Origin: Leptospiraceae bacterium
Lineage (GTDB): Bacteria; Spirochaetota; Leptospiria; Leptospirales; Leptonemataceae
NCBI GenBank assembly: GCA_040217195.1
Contig: JAVJNR010000009.1
Span: 1-64,000, forward strand
Direction of reading: 5' to 3'
DNA length: 64,000 nucleotides
Shown here: positions 61,574 through 64,000 of the stretch, in pieces
Layout of the letters: every line of letters begins with the position of its first letter
Position numbering within the stretch: position 1 is the stretch's first letter
Translations under genes and position numbers: made by a program
The notes under the pieces: generated by a model
What the model saw: only the letters and a program-made list of their open reading frames with translations
The model's database searches: none
What the model was told of the DNA's origin: nothing

Positions 61574-62765
61574 GGGTAAGGCCCCGGCCAGCGTCTGCTT
61601 GAAGAGTACAGGATTCTTCTTTAAGTTTCTGTCTGCCAATGAAAGTGGGGCCACCGGTTCCCATCAGGCTGGATTCTACATTCACCGGGAAGCCTACTGG
61701 CTATTTATGCCCGAGCCTGGAAAGAAAGGTGAAAATGAATACAGGGATGTAGAAATTCACTGGCCGGATTCCAGTGTAACAGCCAGCCGTTTTCGATGGT
61801 ATGGAAAAGGCACTCGAAGCGAATATCATCTTACACGAGGATTTCATTTTCTGGGCGAAGAGAACACCGGAGATCTACTAATTCTGGCTCGTCTGGAAGA
61901 GGGTATCTTTCAGGGTTTTCTGCTTTCCAGAGAAGAAAATATAGAAGCATTCTTTGAAGAGCTCAGTTTGAATCCATCGGATTCTGGACGAGCCTATGCC
62001 ATTCAAAATGGAGAGATTCAACTTCCTGGACTGCATTCCGTCTCCGAAGATCAATTTCAGAAAAGTCTGCACCTGGCTCTGAGCGAATATCTGGACACCG
62101 GAACCCCCTTCCCCACAGCGGATTTACTGGCCAACCTGGCCAGAGAACAATGCGAACTATACTTTAGAACCGAATCGCTGAGTCTGGATGAAAAGCTACT
62201 GCGATGGATCGATATGGAGTATCGTATCTTTAGATGGCTGGAGGTGCGAAAATACGGTGAATATTTAAATCAGGGGTTTTCTACCCTGGAGGATATGATT
62301 CAACTTTCGCTTACAATTCTAAATCGACGAAAGTCCAGGGCCGGATACGGTCTGGAGCTTCATCTGGCAGCACTCTTTCAATCGGTGAATATTGGCTATT
62401 CTTCGCAAACGAAGACGGAAGGGAATAAGAAGCCGGACTTTATCTTTCCTTCCGGGGAGGCCTATTCAGATGCATCTTTTCCAGAAGGCAGATTAACCTT
62501 TCTGGGCGTAAAAACCACATGCAAGGATCGATGGAGACAGATACTAAGCGAAGCGGATCGAATTCCTTCCAAGCATCTGTTCACTTTGCAACAGGGAATC
62601 AGCCGGGCGCAGCTGGCAGAAATGAAAGAGGCCGGAGTTCAACTGGTGATTCCCCGACCCTATCATCGTCTGTTTCCGGAACCAGCACGAAAGCAGTTAC
62701 TGAGTCTGGAAAATTTTGTGGATCTGGTTCAAAGCAAGGATTCCCAGGAGATGCTGTTTCGCTGA
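61536..62765 (+). CDS. EcoRII-like type IIE restriction endonuclease
   Basis: K.LSAN..GATG.HQ.G.Y N-terminal effector domain; NRRKSRAG, KPDF.FP, KTTCKDRWRQI, HLFTLQ.G.S. Confidence 0.92.
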   Translation: MLLPFQNLPGRFEGKAPASVCLKSTGFFFKFLSANESGATGSHQAGFYIHREAYWLFMPEPGKKGENEYRDVEIHWPDSSVTASRFRWYGKGTRSEYHLTRGFHFLGEENTGDLLILARLEEGIFQGFLLSREENIEAFFEELSLNPSDSGRAYAIQNGEIQLPGLHSVSEDQFQKSLHLALSEYLDTGTPFPTADLLANLAREQCELYFRTESLSLDEKLLRWIDMEYRIFRWLEVRKYGEYLNQGFSTLEDMIQLSLTILNRRKSRAGYGLELHLAALFQSVNIGYSSQTKTEGNKKPDFIFPSGEAYSDASFPEGRLTFLGVKTTCKDRWRQILSEADRIPSKHLFTLQQGISRAQLAEMKEAGVQLVIPRPYHRLFPEPARKQLLSLENFVDLVQSKDSQEMLFR

Positions 62766-63280
62766 ACAACGTACTCGATTCTGGGTCCAAGAGATTCTCC
62801 AGGAAGCTTCACTTCTTCCGGTCGTTTCCAGGGCTTAAAGATCAAGATCAGTGCAATGCAGATTGCAGGAAGAATCATCTTCGCAGAACGCCAGGCAAGT
62901 ACAGCAAATACGATAATGTAGTACAGAATCTTGATCAGGAAAATATCGAAGAACTCATCGAAAATCCAGGTAGGGACCAGAAACAGAAATCCTACCAGCA
63001 ATAGCATCAGGAACTCTTTGATCAGTACCAGAACACTGAGCAGAATGGAAAGAACCAGGCAGATAATTCCACCATAGGTCAGCCATCCATCCATGGAGGC
63101 CGGCGGAGTACCGTAATTTCTATACAGCAAAGCTCCAAATCCAATGAGCAGAAAAACAATGGCCGTAATTGTCAGACCACCCCAGAAGCTTATATCCTCA
63201 TCTTCCTCTTCAGTCTGCGGTTTAGCTTCCTTGCCGGTATATTGCCTTAGCTTTCTTTTTACTTCTTCCAGTTGACCCAT
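62729..63280 (-). CDS. Hypothetical membrane protein
   Basis: Several hydrophobic segments; 37-nt convergent overlap with the endonuclease. Confidence 0.6.
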   Translation of the reverse strand: MGQLEEVKRKLRQYTGKEAKPQTEEEDEDISFWGGLTITAIVFLLIGFGALLYRNYGTPPASMDGWLTYGGIICLVLSILLSVLVLIKEFLMLLLVGFLFLVPTWIFDEFFDIFLIKILYYIIVFAVLAWRSAKMILPAICIALILIFKPWKRPEEVKLPGESLGPRIEYVVQRNSISWESLL

Positions 63281-63547
63281 GGATGCAGAGGATTTTGCGG
63301 CGCGAATCTGTCATCCCTAAATCTGCAATGGCGGCACTCTGTTCGATTTCTGGCACTTCCAATCGGTTTTCCCGTTTGGACGGACCGGATATCCGGACTT
63401 CAAGTGGTCTGGACCCGGGAACTGTACGTGTGTAGACGGTTTTAAAGGCTGGGGACAGGGGGCCGGCGAACCGGGTTCCGGATCCGGATGTCTGGATTTC
63501 AGACTACAGAAGCCCGAAATTTTTTTCTATTCCTGTGATGTACAGTG

Positions 63548-63568
63548 TTGACGTGAGACTGAGTCTCA
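63548..63568 (+). promoter_or_regulatory. -35 element plus 7-1-7 palindrome (Fur-box-like)
   Basis: TTGACG immediately followed by TGAGACT-G-AGTCTCA upstream of bfd. Confidence 0.6.
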
Positions 63569-63582
63569 TTTCTTATAGGCCT

Positions 63583-63801
63583 ATGTTTGTTTGCATCTGT
63601 AAAGCTGTGAATGACAAATCCATACGCCGGGCTGTGGACAACGGGGCAAGGTGTGTGGAAGATCTGGAGCAGGATCTGGGTGTGGGTAGCAGCTGCGGCC
63701 GGTGCCGTGTGCATGCGGAAGCTGTGATCCAGGACCAGTTAAGCGATGGAGCACCGGCCCAGAGCCCGGTTCCATTTTCCAGTAGCAGTATGCTGGCCTG
63801 A
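63583..63801 (+). CDS. bfd: Bacterioferritin-associated (2Fe-2S) ferredoxin
   Basis: MFVCICKAVND..I...V..G...GVGSSCGRC. Confidence 0.9.
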   Translation: MFVCICKAVNDKSIRRAVDNGARCVEDLEQDLGVGSSCGRCRVHAEAVIQDQLSDGAPAQSPVPFSSSSMLA

Positions 63802-64000
63802 TTCCAGGTTTTTTCGCACGGGATCCAGAGGTCCAGCTCACCACCTGTACCGAGATATTGAGACTCACAGTCATCTACAGACTCTCAGGTCCGGGCTTTT
63901 GCAGTCGTCTCCTTCCATCATTGCCAATAACTTAGCCACGACAGATTGTGGCCAGAACCGGATTCTTCCATGTAAAATGGGATGGTCGCAAGTGGAATTC

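Noticed and set aside
63385..63488. Palindromes CCGGATATCCGG and TCCGGATCCGGA
   Set aside because: TCCGGA and GGATCC words are very common throughout the window; no independent support

Overview
64 kb of gene-dense, roughly 50% GC bacterial chromosome. It is most likely from a Leptospiraceae spirochete; this is an inference from the DUF1574/MBOAT clusters, many spirochete-style lipoproteins, multi-TM chemoreceptors and an MBL-cNMP phosphodiesterase-like protein. About 60 CDS can be supported. They include housekeeping genes (pyk, htpG, aroK, apt, argB, truD), chemotaxis and signalling genes (cheD, HDOD, two MCPs, two orphan histidine kinases), envelope O-acylation genes (two MBOATs, several SGNH-like partners), peptidases and hydrolases, and an EcoRII/Dcm-type restriction-modification pair. 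No rRNA, tRNA, CRISPR array or transposase was seen. The best lead is a single-chain fusion of a DUF692 (MNIO) RiPP maturase to its DUF2063 partner domain, with no canonical precursor beside it. Other leads are an MBOAT with three SGNH-like partners, a CsgG-like lipoprotein/beta-barrel/lipoprotein operon under a perfect palindromic operator, a eukaryote-type UDP-glucose pyrophosphorylase, a Kazal-like lipoprotein, likely CTG starts, and a Fur-like 7-1-7 box upstream of bfd. All family calls come from motif recognition by eye; no searches were run.
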